DNA of 64,000 nt, taken from NCBI GenBank assembly GCA_014382365.1, contig JACNJW010000035.1, positions 1,165 to 65,164 of the forward strand, in the 5' to 3' direction. The DNA comes from SAR324 cluster bacterium. GTDB lineage: Bacteria > SAR324 > NAC60-12. A program made the position numbers and the translations under genes. Numbering within the stretch: position 1 is the first letter of the stretch; each line of letters starts with the position of its first letter. Shown piece by piece: positions 20,322-29,725 of this stretch. The notes below the pieces were generated by a model that worked only from the letters and a program-made list of their open reading frames with translations, did no database searches and had not been told where the DNA came from.

Positions 20322-22547
20322 ATGTTTGGCAAGAAAAAAAATGAAATTCTTGTTGATCACAGGCTGGCTTATTGCGTCTCTTTGACCACCAGAAGGCATG
20401 GAGTATATATAAATCGTGAGGAGGTAGAAAAAAAATTCCCTGAAGACGATCCTCCAAAAACCACTAGAGAATTAAATGCTTTTCTCGCAGAGAGAAAACT
20501 TGAAGCAAATCCAATAAATATTTCAACAGATGATTTCAAGGATAAAAATTTCGTATTTCCCTGTGCAGTTCCATTTACGAATGGTCAGTCAATCATAGCA
20601 TTAAGTGTACTGAAGAAAGACGATGATTTTTTTGTTAAGTTTCTTGACCCGTTAGACCCTCAAGCCAGGCAACAGGAAGTTGGAATAAATGAATTTGAGA
20701 AACTTTGGAAAAATATTGTTTTTTCAGTAAATGCACTAAGAGGTACTGAAAGTAAAGAAAGATCTTTTGATTTAGAATGGTTCCTTCCTGAATTATGGAA
20801 ATGCAGATATATGCTTCTTTGTGCTTTCATAATTTCTATTCTACTGAATATATTATCATTTACTCCTATAATTTTCATACAGATAGCCTTAGATAAAGTT
20901 GTAGGATATAAAGCTATTTCTACTTTATATGTACTGACAGCAGGAGTTGTTGTTGCACTAATATTTAATGCAATAATGGGTTTTATTCGCGATTACATTT
21001 TCAATTACATAGGAGATATACTTGAGTCCAGAATTGCAACTGATGTCTTTGACAAATTGCTGGGACTACCCTTAATAGAAGTTCAAGGAGAAAACATAAC
21101 TAAATTTGGGGGCTCAATGCAATCAATTACAGCCTTAAGGAATACTCTGGTCATGAGAGTGTTTAAGGTAGTTTTCGATTTGACTGCTGTACTCGTTTTT
21201 GTCCCAGTTATGTTTGCATATAATTTCCTGATGGGAATAATAGTGCTTGGATTTTCTCTGTTGATGGGTTTTAACAAAATCATTTTTAACAATATTGCAG
21301 GTAAATCTCCAGAAATACTAAACGAAGTGGAAAGTAGTAAAAACAGTCTGGTTCGCGAAACCCTGCATGGAATGACAATGCTCAAAGAGTTTGAAGAGGA
21401 AGAATCGGAGAGGAAAAATTGGCGAAAATCTGCTGCTGCTTCAATTATGTTAAGATCAAAGAAAAATCAGGTAAACAGCGCATCCACCGAGATTAACAGC
21501 TTTCTTCAACAAGCAATGACAATTGTAATTATCTTTACTGGAGTACAATTAGTTTTTGCTGAGCAGCTTTCTGCTGGTTCAATCATAGCGATTAATATGG
21601 TCGCTGGAAAATTAACCTCTCCTATTATTGCTGCAATCACATTATTTGGTGAAAGAACACAAATATTAAACCTTATCTCTCAAATAGGTGAGATTTGGAA
21701 TAAGGGAAAAGAACAATTGGGAGCAGGTGTTCACTCAGCCATAAGTGGAAAATATACTTTTGATAAAATTTCAATGAGTTTTGGAGATGTAAAAGCATTA
21801 AACAAAATATCTTTTGAGCTAACACCAAAATCCAAAGTTGGAGTAGTGGGTCCTACTGGAGCAGGCAAAAGCACATTGTTAAATATTCTTGCAGGAACAT
21901 TTCATCCTACAGAAGGTAGAATGGAAATAGATGGAGTAGGAATAAATCAATATGATTTATCATATTACCGTTCGCAGGTTATGCTGTTGGATAAGAAACC
22001 CATATTTTTTAAAGGTACAATAGAAGACAATATGTCCCGGGTGACACACAACATTGGTAAAAATGAACTTGCACACATTTTTGCTTTAACAGGATTTGAT
22101 GAACACCTACAAAAACTGCCTGAAGGTATTCATACAACAATTGATGAAACTGCCAGCCAATTGGCTGGTGGAGCTGCAAGCCTGCTTGCACTTTCAAGGG
22201 CTTTGCTTGCAAATCCAAAAGTCTTGCTTTTGGATGAGTTTGCAGATTCACTTGATATTGATACCAGAATTAAATTACAAGATAACTTTTCTACTATCGC
22301 CAGTGAAAGAACCGTGGTCGATGCTCAAAATGTAATAAGTCATGAATTAGATTCAATATCGAATTATGATAAAATTATTGTCTTAGATGGAGGTAAAGTA
22401 GTTGGACAAGGCAAGCATGAGCAGCTGCTTGTTAGTTGTGAAATTTATAGGCAAATGCTGGAAAAAGAAAAAAAATTGAGTGCAATTGGTGAATCGAAAA
22501 ATACAGAAACAAAAGAAAATCCTCCTGTGGATCAAGAAAATGCTTAG
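20322..22547 (+). CDS. Type I secretion/bacteriocin-type ABC exporter with N-terminal C39-peptidase-like domain, 6-TM exporter domain and C-terminal ATPase
   Basis: 741 aa. N-terminal ~150 aa resembles the C39 Cys-box (LAYCVSLTTRRHGVYINREEV). Then a type I exporter TMD. Walker A GPTGAGKST, Walker B LLLDEFADSLD, H-loop SHE. The signature motif reads LAGGAASL rather than LSGGQ. Confidence 0.75.
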   Translation: MFGKKKNEILVDHRLAYCVSLTTRRHGVYINREEVEKKFPEDDPPKTTRELNAFLAERKLEANPINISTDDFKDKNFVFPCAVPFTNGQSIIALSVLKKDDDFFVKFLDPLDPQARQQEVGINEFEKLWKNIVFSVNALRGTESKERSFDLEWFLPELWKCRYMLLCAFIISILLNILSFTPIIFIQIALDKVVGYKAISTLYVLTAGVVVALIFNAIMGFIRDYIFNYIGDILESRIATDVFDKLLGLPLIEVQGENITKFGGSMQSITALRNTLVMRVFKVVFDLTAVLVFVPVMFAYNFLMGIIVLGFSLLMGFNKIIFNNIAGKSPEILNEVESSKNSLVRETLHGMTMLKEFEEEESERKNWRKSAAASIMLRSKKNQVNSASTEINSFLQQAMTIVIIFTGVQLVFAEQLSAGSIIAINMVAGKLTSPIIAAITLFGERTQILNLISQIGEIWNKGKEQLGAGVHSAISGKYTFDKISMSFGDVKALNKISFELTPKSKVGVVGPTGAGKSTLLNILAGTFHPTEGRMEIDGVGINQYDLSYYRSQVMLLDKKPIFFKGTIEDNMSRVTHNIGKNELAHIFALTGFDEHLQKLPEGIHTTIDETASQLAGGAASLLALSRALLANPKVLLLDEFADSLDIDTRIKLQDNFSTIASERTVVDAQNVISHELDSISNYDKIIVLDGGKVVGQGKHEQLLVSCEIYRQMLEKEKKLSAIGESKNTETKENPPVDQENA

Positions 22548-22564
22548 GTTTGGGAAATAACTAA

Positions 22565-24313
22565 ATGACTGTAGCAACAAACACATTGAAACCCCAATTA
22601 TTAGTGCTGAAAAAAGGGGAGTATGTCTTTGAAGAAGGAGATGAAGCAATATTTGCTTATGTTCTCACTGAAGGCACAATTGAGATTGTTGCAATTATCA
22701 AAGGAGAAGAACTGGTTCTGGGAAAAGTAGAAAAAGGGACTATTTTTGGAGAAATGGCAATAATTGATGGCTTCCCGAGAAGCGCATCAGCACGTGCTGC
22801 CACTGCTTGTAAAGTACAAGAAGTTGGTCATAAAGAATTTCTTAATTATATTTCTAAAAAACCGGATGCTGCATTCCAAATAATGGGTAGACTATCTGGT
22901 TTTGTCAGGTCTGCTGATAAAAAAGCAAGTGAAAGTTTTTTGCTTCGTAAAACAGGTGTAAGTGAGGAAGAAGAAGATGGAAATAATGATAAGACCGACA
23001 TCGTTGCTGTACATAATTTTGAAGACACAGAGTCGATTTATGCCAGACCTCCTGCTAAACCTGTCATCGTCACTGCAGTCAGTTTGATCCTATTCATGTT
23101 GGTCATGACCCTCTGGGCATCTTTTTCTTTTGTTGATAAAACAGTTTCTGCACGTGGTAAATTCACAAATACTGCACCTAATATTGAAATTCAATCTACT
23201 GGTAGTTCAATTATTGAGGAATTAAATTTAGAACGAGGTCAATTCATTACAAAAGGAGAAACAGTTGCAAAACTTGATGGCACTGTTGTAAATGCAAATC
23301 TCAAAATTACCAGAGACAAAATATATGCAGTAAAAAATAAAATTTTGCGCCTTGAACTTCAAAAAATATCAATCTTACAAAAATCCTTAAATGAGGAATC
23401 TCTGGTTGAACTGGACAGTATTAACAAAGAAATATTAAACAGACACTTTGATGAATTTATGATTACAATGAAAACATTTTCTTCTGATCTTTTACGGTTA
23501 GAAACAGAAATTGTTTCAATGTCTGCAGATAAAGATTTAATTCGTGACCAGCTGGATATAAAAATTAAAATTGAAGATGGAAAAAAGAAGTTGTTTGAGA
23601 AAAATGTTGGTTCATTAATGGACACATTGAGTTCTACTGATCAAAGAATTTCTGTGAACCGTCAATTATTGTCAACAACTGGAAGTATCAAAAAACTCAA
23701 ATCAGAAAAAACAGCACTTGATGACCAGAGATCCTCTTATTTGACTGGAGAATTAGCAGGAATCGCAGTAGAACTTTCTTCTTTTAATGATCAATTACTT
23801 CAATTAAATGAGGAGTTAATTAAAAATGAATTAGAGAGAAGCAATTTATTTATTAAATCTCCAGTTGAAGGTGTTGTCTTAAATTTGCCTACAATTACGA
23901 TTGGATCTCTCATAAATAAAGGAGAGCCTATAGTAACATTAGTAAGAGCCGGATTACCCCTTGTTTTAGAGATTGATGTAGATCCAAAAGATGCCAGTGA
24001 TTTGTATAATGGGAATCCTGTTTCAGTCAAAATTGATGCCCTGCCATTTCAACAGTTTGGAGACCTGGCAGGAACCCTGGTCTATATTTCAGATGATACT
24101 GTAGAAGAATCCCTTCAGGGAGAATCCGGTGCTTTTTATCGTGGAAGAGTTCATGTTAAAGATTCTGAAATTATGGGATTGCCTGAAGAATTCGATTTAA
24201 CACCAGGTATGCTGGCAACTGCAGATTTAAAAGTAGGCAAAAGAAGATTGATTACATATTTTACAAATCCAATTCTAAAATCACTTTCAAGTGCTATGCG
24301 TGAACCGGATTAA
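22565..24313 (+). CDS. HlyD-family membrane fusion protein with N-terminal cyclic-nucleotide-binding (CAP-family) domain
   Basis: 582 aa. Residues ~15-120 carry cNMP-binding motifs (GEYVFEEGDEA...FGEMAIIDG..RSASARA). One TM (VIVTAVSLILFMLVMTLWASF). Long coiled-coil and a C-terminal HlyD beta-barrel region (...PGMLATADLKVGKRRL...). Confidence 0.7.
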   Translation: MTVATNTLKPQLLVLKKGEYVFEEGDEAIFAYVLTEGTIEIVAIIKGEELVLGKVEKGTIFGEMAIIDGFPRSASARAATACKVQEVGHKEFLNYISKKPDAAFQIMGRLSGFVRSADKKASESFLLRKTGVSEEEEDGNNDKTDIVAVHNFEDTESIYARPPAKPVIVTAVSLILFMLVMTLWASFSFVDKTVSARGKFTNTAPNIEIQSTGSSIIEELNLERGQFITKGETVAKLDGTVVNANLKITRDKIYAVKNKILRLELQKISILQKSLNEESLVELDSINKEILNRHFDEFMITMKTFSSDLLRLETEIVSMSADKDLIRDQLDIKIKIEDGKKKLFEKNVGSLMDTLSSTDQRISVNRQLLSTTGSIKKLKSEKTALDDQRSSYLTGELAGIAVELSSFNDQLLQLNEELIKNELERSNLFIKSPVEGVVLNLPTITIGSLINKGEPIVTLVRAGLPLVLEIDVDPKDASDLYNGNPVSVKIDALPFQQFGDLAGTLVYISDDTVEESLQGESGAFYRGRVHVKDSEIMGLPEEFDLTPGMLATADLKVGKRRLITYFTNPILKSLSSAMREPD

Positions 24314-24368
24314 TTAATTTTGCAGTTGATAAAACAGGCCACTGCAGTCCTCTTCAACACCTCGTTTG

Positions 24369-25742
24369 TCAAGTCAGCCAGACACTCCAATAAGAATAAG
24401 CAAAAACAATAATCAGAAAAATTCCTGCCAAATTAAAGAAAAATCCAAATTTTGCCATTGTTTGTACATTCACCACGCCACTGCTCATCGCAATTGCATT
24501 TGGCGGAGTAGCGATAGGAAGCATGAAAGCATAACTTGAACAAATTGTGGCAACCATCAAAAAAAGCCGAGTATCCAGCCCATTTCTTTCAGAAACTTCA
24601 TAGAGTACTGGCAAGAGCATTGAAATCAGTGCTGTGTTGCTTGTTATTTCTGTTGTAAATGTGACCAGTAAAGCAATGATCAGCAGCAGCAGCAAAGGAG
24701 GAAGAGTTGTTATGCTTGAAAGCTGTTCAGCCAGTACCTGTGACAGTCCTGTGTGTGAGAAGGAGTATGCAATGGAAAAACCTGCACCAAAGAGGAACAT
24801 TATTTCAAAGGGAATTTTTTTGGTATCTTCCCAAACCAGCAGGTTGAATGGAGGAACAAACATCAGCAAACCAAAACTGAGTAGAATTGCTTTTTCGTTA
24901 AGATTCAAACCGGGATAATAAGGTTCTAGTGGTGAATTGGCAAAGAGGAGCAGTACCAGTGCGCCAAGTGTGTACATCAGTTTTTTTTGATCAAAACTTA
25001 AAGCATCCAACGCTTTGACTGAATCCAGTTTTTTGCTTTCAAGTCCAAAGGAGAGAACGAAGGAAACAACAAAAAACATCAACAAGGCCAGTGGTGCCAC
25101 CATTAATACCCATTGAATGAAGGGTAATGTTTCGATGCCCTTATCTTCTAAAACACCATATAAAATCAGATTGGGCGGTGTTCCAATTGGAGTAGTAATA
25201 CCTCCAACACTAGCTCCATATGCAATTGCCAGAGCAAAGCGGATTTTTAGAGTAACATCAGTCGTCAAAAAGAAGGCCAGTGGCATCAGCAATAAAGTCG
25301 TTGTTGTATTTGATAGACAGGAGCTTAAAACACCGGAAGTGATCGAAAGCGCAAAGATCATTCCTCGGGGTGTTTCAGGAAATATCCGCAGCATTTTTGT
25401 GGCAATCACTTTATGCAAACCAGTCTTTTCAACTGCAATCGCCAGCATAAAACCTCCGAGAAACAAAAATATGATTGACTTAGAATAGTTTGGTACGATC
25501 TGGTTGACTTCTGCAATATCAAAAGCTGGAAAAAGAATAATCGGCAAGAGAGATGTAACTCCAAAAGGAATTGCTTCGTTACTCCAATAAATCACCATTG
25601 CGGCAATCAGACTGAGCAGCATTGCCTGAGTATGAATTAAGATCATACTGCTCAAAACATAGATCAGACCTCCAAATGCCAGTCCGCTCAAAATACCAAC
25701 CCAGGAGTGTTTATGCTTGATTCCTTTTGTTAAAATACTCAT
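24369..25742 (-). CDS. DASS/SLC13-family anion:Na+ symporter (ArsB/NhaD permease superfamily)
   Basis: 457-aa polytopic protein with two SNT(T/A) hairpin motifs (LSNTTTTLLLMP; TSNTALISMLLP). Confidence 0.6.
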   Translation of the reverse strand: MSILTKGIKHKHSWVGILSGLAFGGLIYVLSSMILIHTQAMLLSLIAAMVIYWSNEAIPFGVTSLLPIILFPAFDIAEVNQIVPNYSKSIIFLFLGGFMLAIAVEKTGLHKVIATKMLRIFPETPRGMIFALSITSGVLSSCLSNTTTTLLLMPLAFFLTTDVTLKIRFALAIAYGASVGGITTPIGTPPNLILYGVLEDKGIETLPFIQWVLMVAPLALLMFFVVSFVLSFGLESKKLDSVKALDALSFDQKKLMYTLGALVLLLFANSPLEPYYPGLNLNEKAILLSFGLLMFVPPFNLLVWEDTKKIPFEIMFLFGAGFSIAYSFSHTGLSQVLAEQLSSITTLPPLLLLLIIALLVTFTTEITSNTALISMLLPVLYEVSERNGLDTRLFLMVATICSSYAFMLPIATPPNAIAMSSGVVNVQTMAKFGFFFNLAGIFLIIVFAYSYWSVWLT

Positions 25743-25827
25743 TTTTGTCTTTAAGGAAAATAATTCTACCGCCTCATGCTGAGGCTGATTATTGTTGAAA
25801 CAAATCAGTAGTTATAATCAATTTTTG

Positions 25828-27075
25828 TCAATGAAGAATTTGACTCATATTTAACATCGGCAAGAGGACTGCGAGTGCAATAAACCCGACAACGCCGCCC
25901 AGGACCAATATCAAGGCAGGTTGCAAAAGAGAGGTCAGGGCTTCCAGCAAGGTATTTACTTCTTCCTGCATTCGGTCTCCCACTTTTTCCAGCAGTTCAT
26001 CTACTCTTGCAGCTTCTTCGCCAATTGACACTACATGCCGAACGTATTCAGGAAAATAATCAATTCGTGACATTGCAGCAGAAAGAGGAACTCCCTTATC
26101 GTTCACATCAATAATCAGTAAATCCAGTTTATTTATAAATACTTTGTTAACTACAACATGTTTTGATATTTCGAGAGTAGTTTTTAAATCAACTCCACTT
26201 TTTAATAACGTACTAAGTGTCTGACAGTAGCGGGCAACCATGATTTTTATCCGCAGATTTTTCAGTAACGGGAGTTTCAGTTCAAGTTGGTCGCGCAGTG
26301 TACGACCGCGTTTACTGCGCAAAAATGTTATTGTTCCGGAGGCAATTACAAAAAATGCCAGCAACAGCATAAACCAATGATTTACCACAAAATCACTGAC
26401 ATTCATTAAAACCCGTGTTGGCAACGGCAGTGCCGCTTCCTGTTTTTCAAAGATGCGGGTGATTTTTGGTACTATAGTTGTGACCATAAATATTACTACT
26501 GCCACTCCAAAAACCATCATGAAAGCGGGATAAATGAGAGCACCCTGGATCTTAGAGTGTAAACGCTCCTGTGCTTCATAATAGTCTGCAAGCCTTCTCA
26601 TTATTGAACCAAGGTTGCCGGCATTTTCTCCGGAACGAACCATACTTACATACATTGCAGGGAAAACTTCCGGATGCATTTCCATTGCTCCAGCCAGCGA
26701 TACACCTTCCATCACCCGTCCACGTACTTCTGATAGTATGCTCTGAAAACCGGAATCCTCAGTCTGTGGAATTATTAATTGAAAAGCCTTGTCATAAGGA
26801 ATGGTGGCATCCAACAATACTTCTAACTGACGGGTAAATTGAGTTAACACCTTACCTGAAACACCTTTATTAAAAGATATTTTGGGCCAGTTTAATTTGC
26901 TGCTTTTTACAGCTCCAGCATGTTTTTTTCTGGTAAACCGGCTGGTTCGAATTTCCTTGGGAAAAAGTTCTTTAGAGCGTAAATATTGTCGAACTTCAGA
27001 TTCAGAAGCAGCATCTTTGGTTCCCTTGTGCAAAGTACCCTCACCATCAAAGGCCTGATAATTATAGATCGGCAT
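25828..27075 (-). CDS. gspF: Type II secretion system F / type IV pilus PilC family inner-membrane platform protein
   Basis: 415 aa. N-terminal YQAFDGEGTLHKG...EVRQYLRSKELFP motif and two T2SSF repeats. Confidence 0.75.
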   Translation of the reverse strand: MPIYNYQAFDGEGTLHKGTKDAASESEVRQYLRSKELFPKEIRTSRFTRKKHAGAVKSSKLNWPKISFNKGVSGKVLTQFTRQLEVLLDATIPYDKAFQLIIPQTEDSGFQSILSEVRGRVMEGVSLAGAMEMHPEVFPAMYVSMVRSGENAGNLGSIMRRLADYYEAQERLHSKIQGALIYPAFMMVFGVAVVIFMVTTIVPKITRIFEKQEAALPLPTRVLMNVSDFVVNHWFMLLLAFFVIASGTITFLRSKRGRTLRDQLELKLPLLKNLRIKIMVARYCQTLSTLLKSGVDLKTTLEISKHVVVNKVFINKLDLLIIDVNDKGVPLSAAMSRIDYFPEYVRHVVSIGEEAARVDELLEKVGDRMQEEVNTLLEALTSLLQPALILVLGGVVGFIALAVLLPMLNMSQILH

Positions 27076-27080
27076 TTTTG

Positions 27081-28358
27081 CTATTGCTTCAAATAAGTTT
27101 CCAGTGTTTCTTTTGACGCCTGTAGAGAGTTCATGTCGTTCGGTTCAACACGGACTTTTGAGGATTGTACTTTCCATTTCCATTGATTTTCTTGAGCATC
27201 ACTCATGATACCCTGCCGGCCTCGTCCGTCCGGCGCAAACTCTGCCTGAGCAAGCACATAACCTTGACCGGTACTTTTTTCACTTGCTTCCAATATTACA
27301 GATACATATTCATATTGTGGATTATCTGGTGCACCTGAAAGCTCACTGTTATGAATCTGCCTGGCTGCATTCATGGCCACACGGGCACGCTCCCTGGCGG
27401 TTCTTGCTTCCGGAGCAATAATACGAACCAACAAACGTGTCCGTGTTGAACTGCTCTGATCTTCGACCATCAAAACCTGATAGGGTGGAATAGGACTGTT
27501 ATTATTTGCAGTCCTGACTTTCTGTGCAGACAACTGACTCAACAGCAAAATCAGTAATGCCAGTAAAGAACCAATTGCTAAAAGAGACCAACGTTCCCAA
27601 CTATGTTTCATAAACGATAAAAACCTGGGCCAGCGAAGCATAAGCGGAGGAAAAAATGGGATGCTCCAGACAACAAGAAAAACTCCGGCAAGTGGTGAAA
27701 ATAAAGATATTCCCACTCCAAGAGAAATACTTAAAATTGAAAACAGCCAATCCATCACATAACCCTCAATATGTTTAACTTTTGGCTGTTCAGACTCTGC
27801 AGCTGAATCTCTAACCACAGTTCCACCACCATCAGCTAATGCTGGAGGTTCCGGAATACTTTCGGTAACAGGCGGCAGTTTCAAGGATTCTTCTTCAATA
27901 TCTTTGGCTGCCAGATATATTGAATTGCACCAGATATTTGCTGAATATAATGTTGACTCACAACTTGGATTTGGTACCGGTAAATTCTGTAATGCTGTGT
28001 GTAGTGGTAGAACCAAACTGTGCATTTTGCTGCAGGAAGAACAACAACTGGAACTATTTATTTTTACTTTTTGCTGCCCATTCTGCTGCAGGTCCAGCAA
28101 ACGTGATTGGTGTGATTTTTGTTGATATACAAAAGAATTTTCACCAAGTTTGTCCTTGAACAGGGCCATATTCCAGTACAGCATCTGCAAGGTTTGATAG
28201 TTGATGGCCTTTTTTGCCAAATCTTCAAAAAGAGAGAAAAACACCTCATTTTCATCAACTTCTTCCCCAGCAGATTTGCTGAGTAAATTCATTTTTTCGT
28301 CAAAATCTTTGGCAGTAACCCCAAATGCACGTAAATCTTCGGGAATGGAAACAGTCAT
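27081..28358 (-). CDS. Hypothetical membrane protein co-oriented with gspF (cytoplasmic N-domain, hydrophobic core, C-terminal domain)
   Basis: 425 aa, no confident family. Architecture loosely resembles GspL-like platform partners. Cys-cluster CCSSCS. Confidence 0.35.
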   Translation of the reverse strand: MTVSIPEDLRAFGVTAKDFDEKMNLLSKSAGEEVDENEVFFSLFEDLAKKAINYQTLQMLYWNMALFKDKLGENSFVYQQKSHQSRLLDLQQNGQQKVKINSSSCCSSCSKMHSLVLPLHTALQNLPVPNPSCESTLYSANIWCNSIYLAAKDIEEESLKLPPVTESIPEPPALADGGGTVVRDSAAESEQPKVKHIEGYVMDWLFSILSISLGVGISLFSPLAGVFLVVWSIPFFPPLMLRWPRFLSFMKHSWERWSLLAIGSLLALLILLLSQLSAQKVRTANNNSPIPPYQVLMVEDQSSSTRTRLLVRIIAPEARTARERARVAMNAARQIHNSELSGAPDNPQYEYVSVILEASEKSTGQGYVLAQAEFAPDGRGRQGIMSDAQENQWKWKVQSSKVRVEPNDMNSLQASKETLETYLKQ

Positions 28359-28463
28359 GACAAGGCAGGATAATGCAGGTTTACGCTAAACAGTTGACGC
28401 TGAGCAGTTCTGTCCGTAAACTAGAGACTGCCGCTTACTTTAATTATACACTAGGAGTTTAAT

Positions 28464-29654
28464 ATGGCAATGGACTATCCTCCATTGAAAAGAGTACCGG
28501 GGTTTTCTTGGCTTGGTATAAACCTGGGCATCAAGGATGAAACTTTAGATTTTGGAGTTATTGCCTCAGACTGCAAATGTTCTGCTGCAGGTGTATTCAC
28601 CAAAAACAATTTCCCTGGCGCACCTGTCATAGTGGGACGGGAAAATTTGCAAAACGCTCAGCTACAGGCCATTGTTGTCAACTCCAAAATTGCCAATGTT
28701 GCCACAGGAAATGTCGGAATTGAAGATGCAAAAAATATGTGTCGCTGGACCGGAGAAGCCTTAGGAATTGATCCGGAACTTGTTTTGCCTTCCTCAACCG
28801 GTGTGATCGGCCGCCGCTTACCTGTTGAACAGATCAGTATAGGCTGTAAGCTCATTCCTGAAAATCTAGGCTCATCTCCGGAATATATTGAAAAATTTGC
28901 CAGGGCAATAATGACCACAGACAAACAGCCGAAATGGATTTCTGATTCAATTGGAAAGGCTACTCTGCTTGGAGTTGCCAAGGGTGCCGGAATGATTGAA
29001 CCAAACATGGCAACCATGCTCAGTTATTTTGTGACAGATGCTCAGCTGAACCCTGAACAACTACAAAAAATTCTTCTACGAGTTGTTGACAAGTCCTTTA
29101 ACCGCGTTTCAATTGATTCTGACACCTCAACTAGTGATACTGTCATAATTCTGGCAAATGGACTGGCTGGCCCCGTTGATTCAGAAAATTTTGAAAATAT
29201 ATTCTCAAACTGTGCAATACACTTGAGCAAAGAAATTGCACGCGATGGAGAAGGCTCAACTAAGCTGATTGAGCTCAAAGTTACAGGTGCAGAATCTCAG
29301 CAAATGGCTTTACAGATTGCAAAATCAGTCATCAATTCACCGCTGGTCAAAACTGCAATCCATGGAGCCGATCCCAACTGGGGGCGTTTTGTAATGGCTG
29401 TCGGTAAGGTTTTAGATTATCCTGTCTGCCTTGATGATTTAACAATCCAGTTTGGCAAGGGCAGCCAAAGTCTGACTGTTAATTCTGCCAGCCTCGCTGC
29501 TGGTACTGTAAATTTAAACGCCATTTCTCAATTGCTGAACAATAAGGAAGTCTACCTGAAAATCGTGGTTGGTGACGGTGAATACTCAGAAACCGTCTGG
29601 GGTTGTGATCTGACTAAGGGCTATATTGAAGAGAACGCATTTTACACTACCTGA
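28464..29654 (+). CDS. argJ: Bifunctional glutamate N-acetyltransferase/amino-acid acetyltransferase
   Basis: 396 aa. Autoproteolytic ATML site and ArgJ N-terminal motifs. Confidence 0.8.
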   Translation: MAMDYPPLKRVPGFSWLGINLGIKDETLDFGVIASDCKCSAAGVFTKNNFPGAPVIVGRENLQNAQLQAIVVNSKIANVATGNVGIEDAKNMCRWTGEALGIDPELVLPSSTGVIGRRLPVEQISIGCKLIPENLGSSPEYIEKFARAIMTTDKQPKWISDSIGKATLLGVAKGAGMIEPNMATMLSYFVTDAQLNPEQLQKILLRVVDKSFNRVSIDSDTSTSDTVIILANGLAGPVDSENFENIFSNCAIHLSKEIARDGEGSTKLIELKVTGAESQQMALQIAKSVINSPLVKTAIHGADPNWGRFVMAVGKVLDYPVCLDDLTIQFGKGSQSLTVNSASLAAGTVNLNAISQLLNNKEVYLKIVVGDGEYSETVWGCDLTKGYIEENAFYTT

Positions 29655-29725
29655 ATAAGATTGCTGGCATGAGAGCTTAGTTCTCAGGAATAATCAAAAT
29701 ATCATCAAAATTAAAGTAAAATAAT

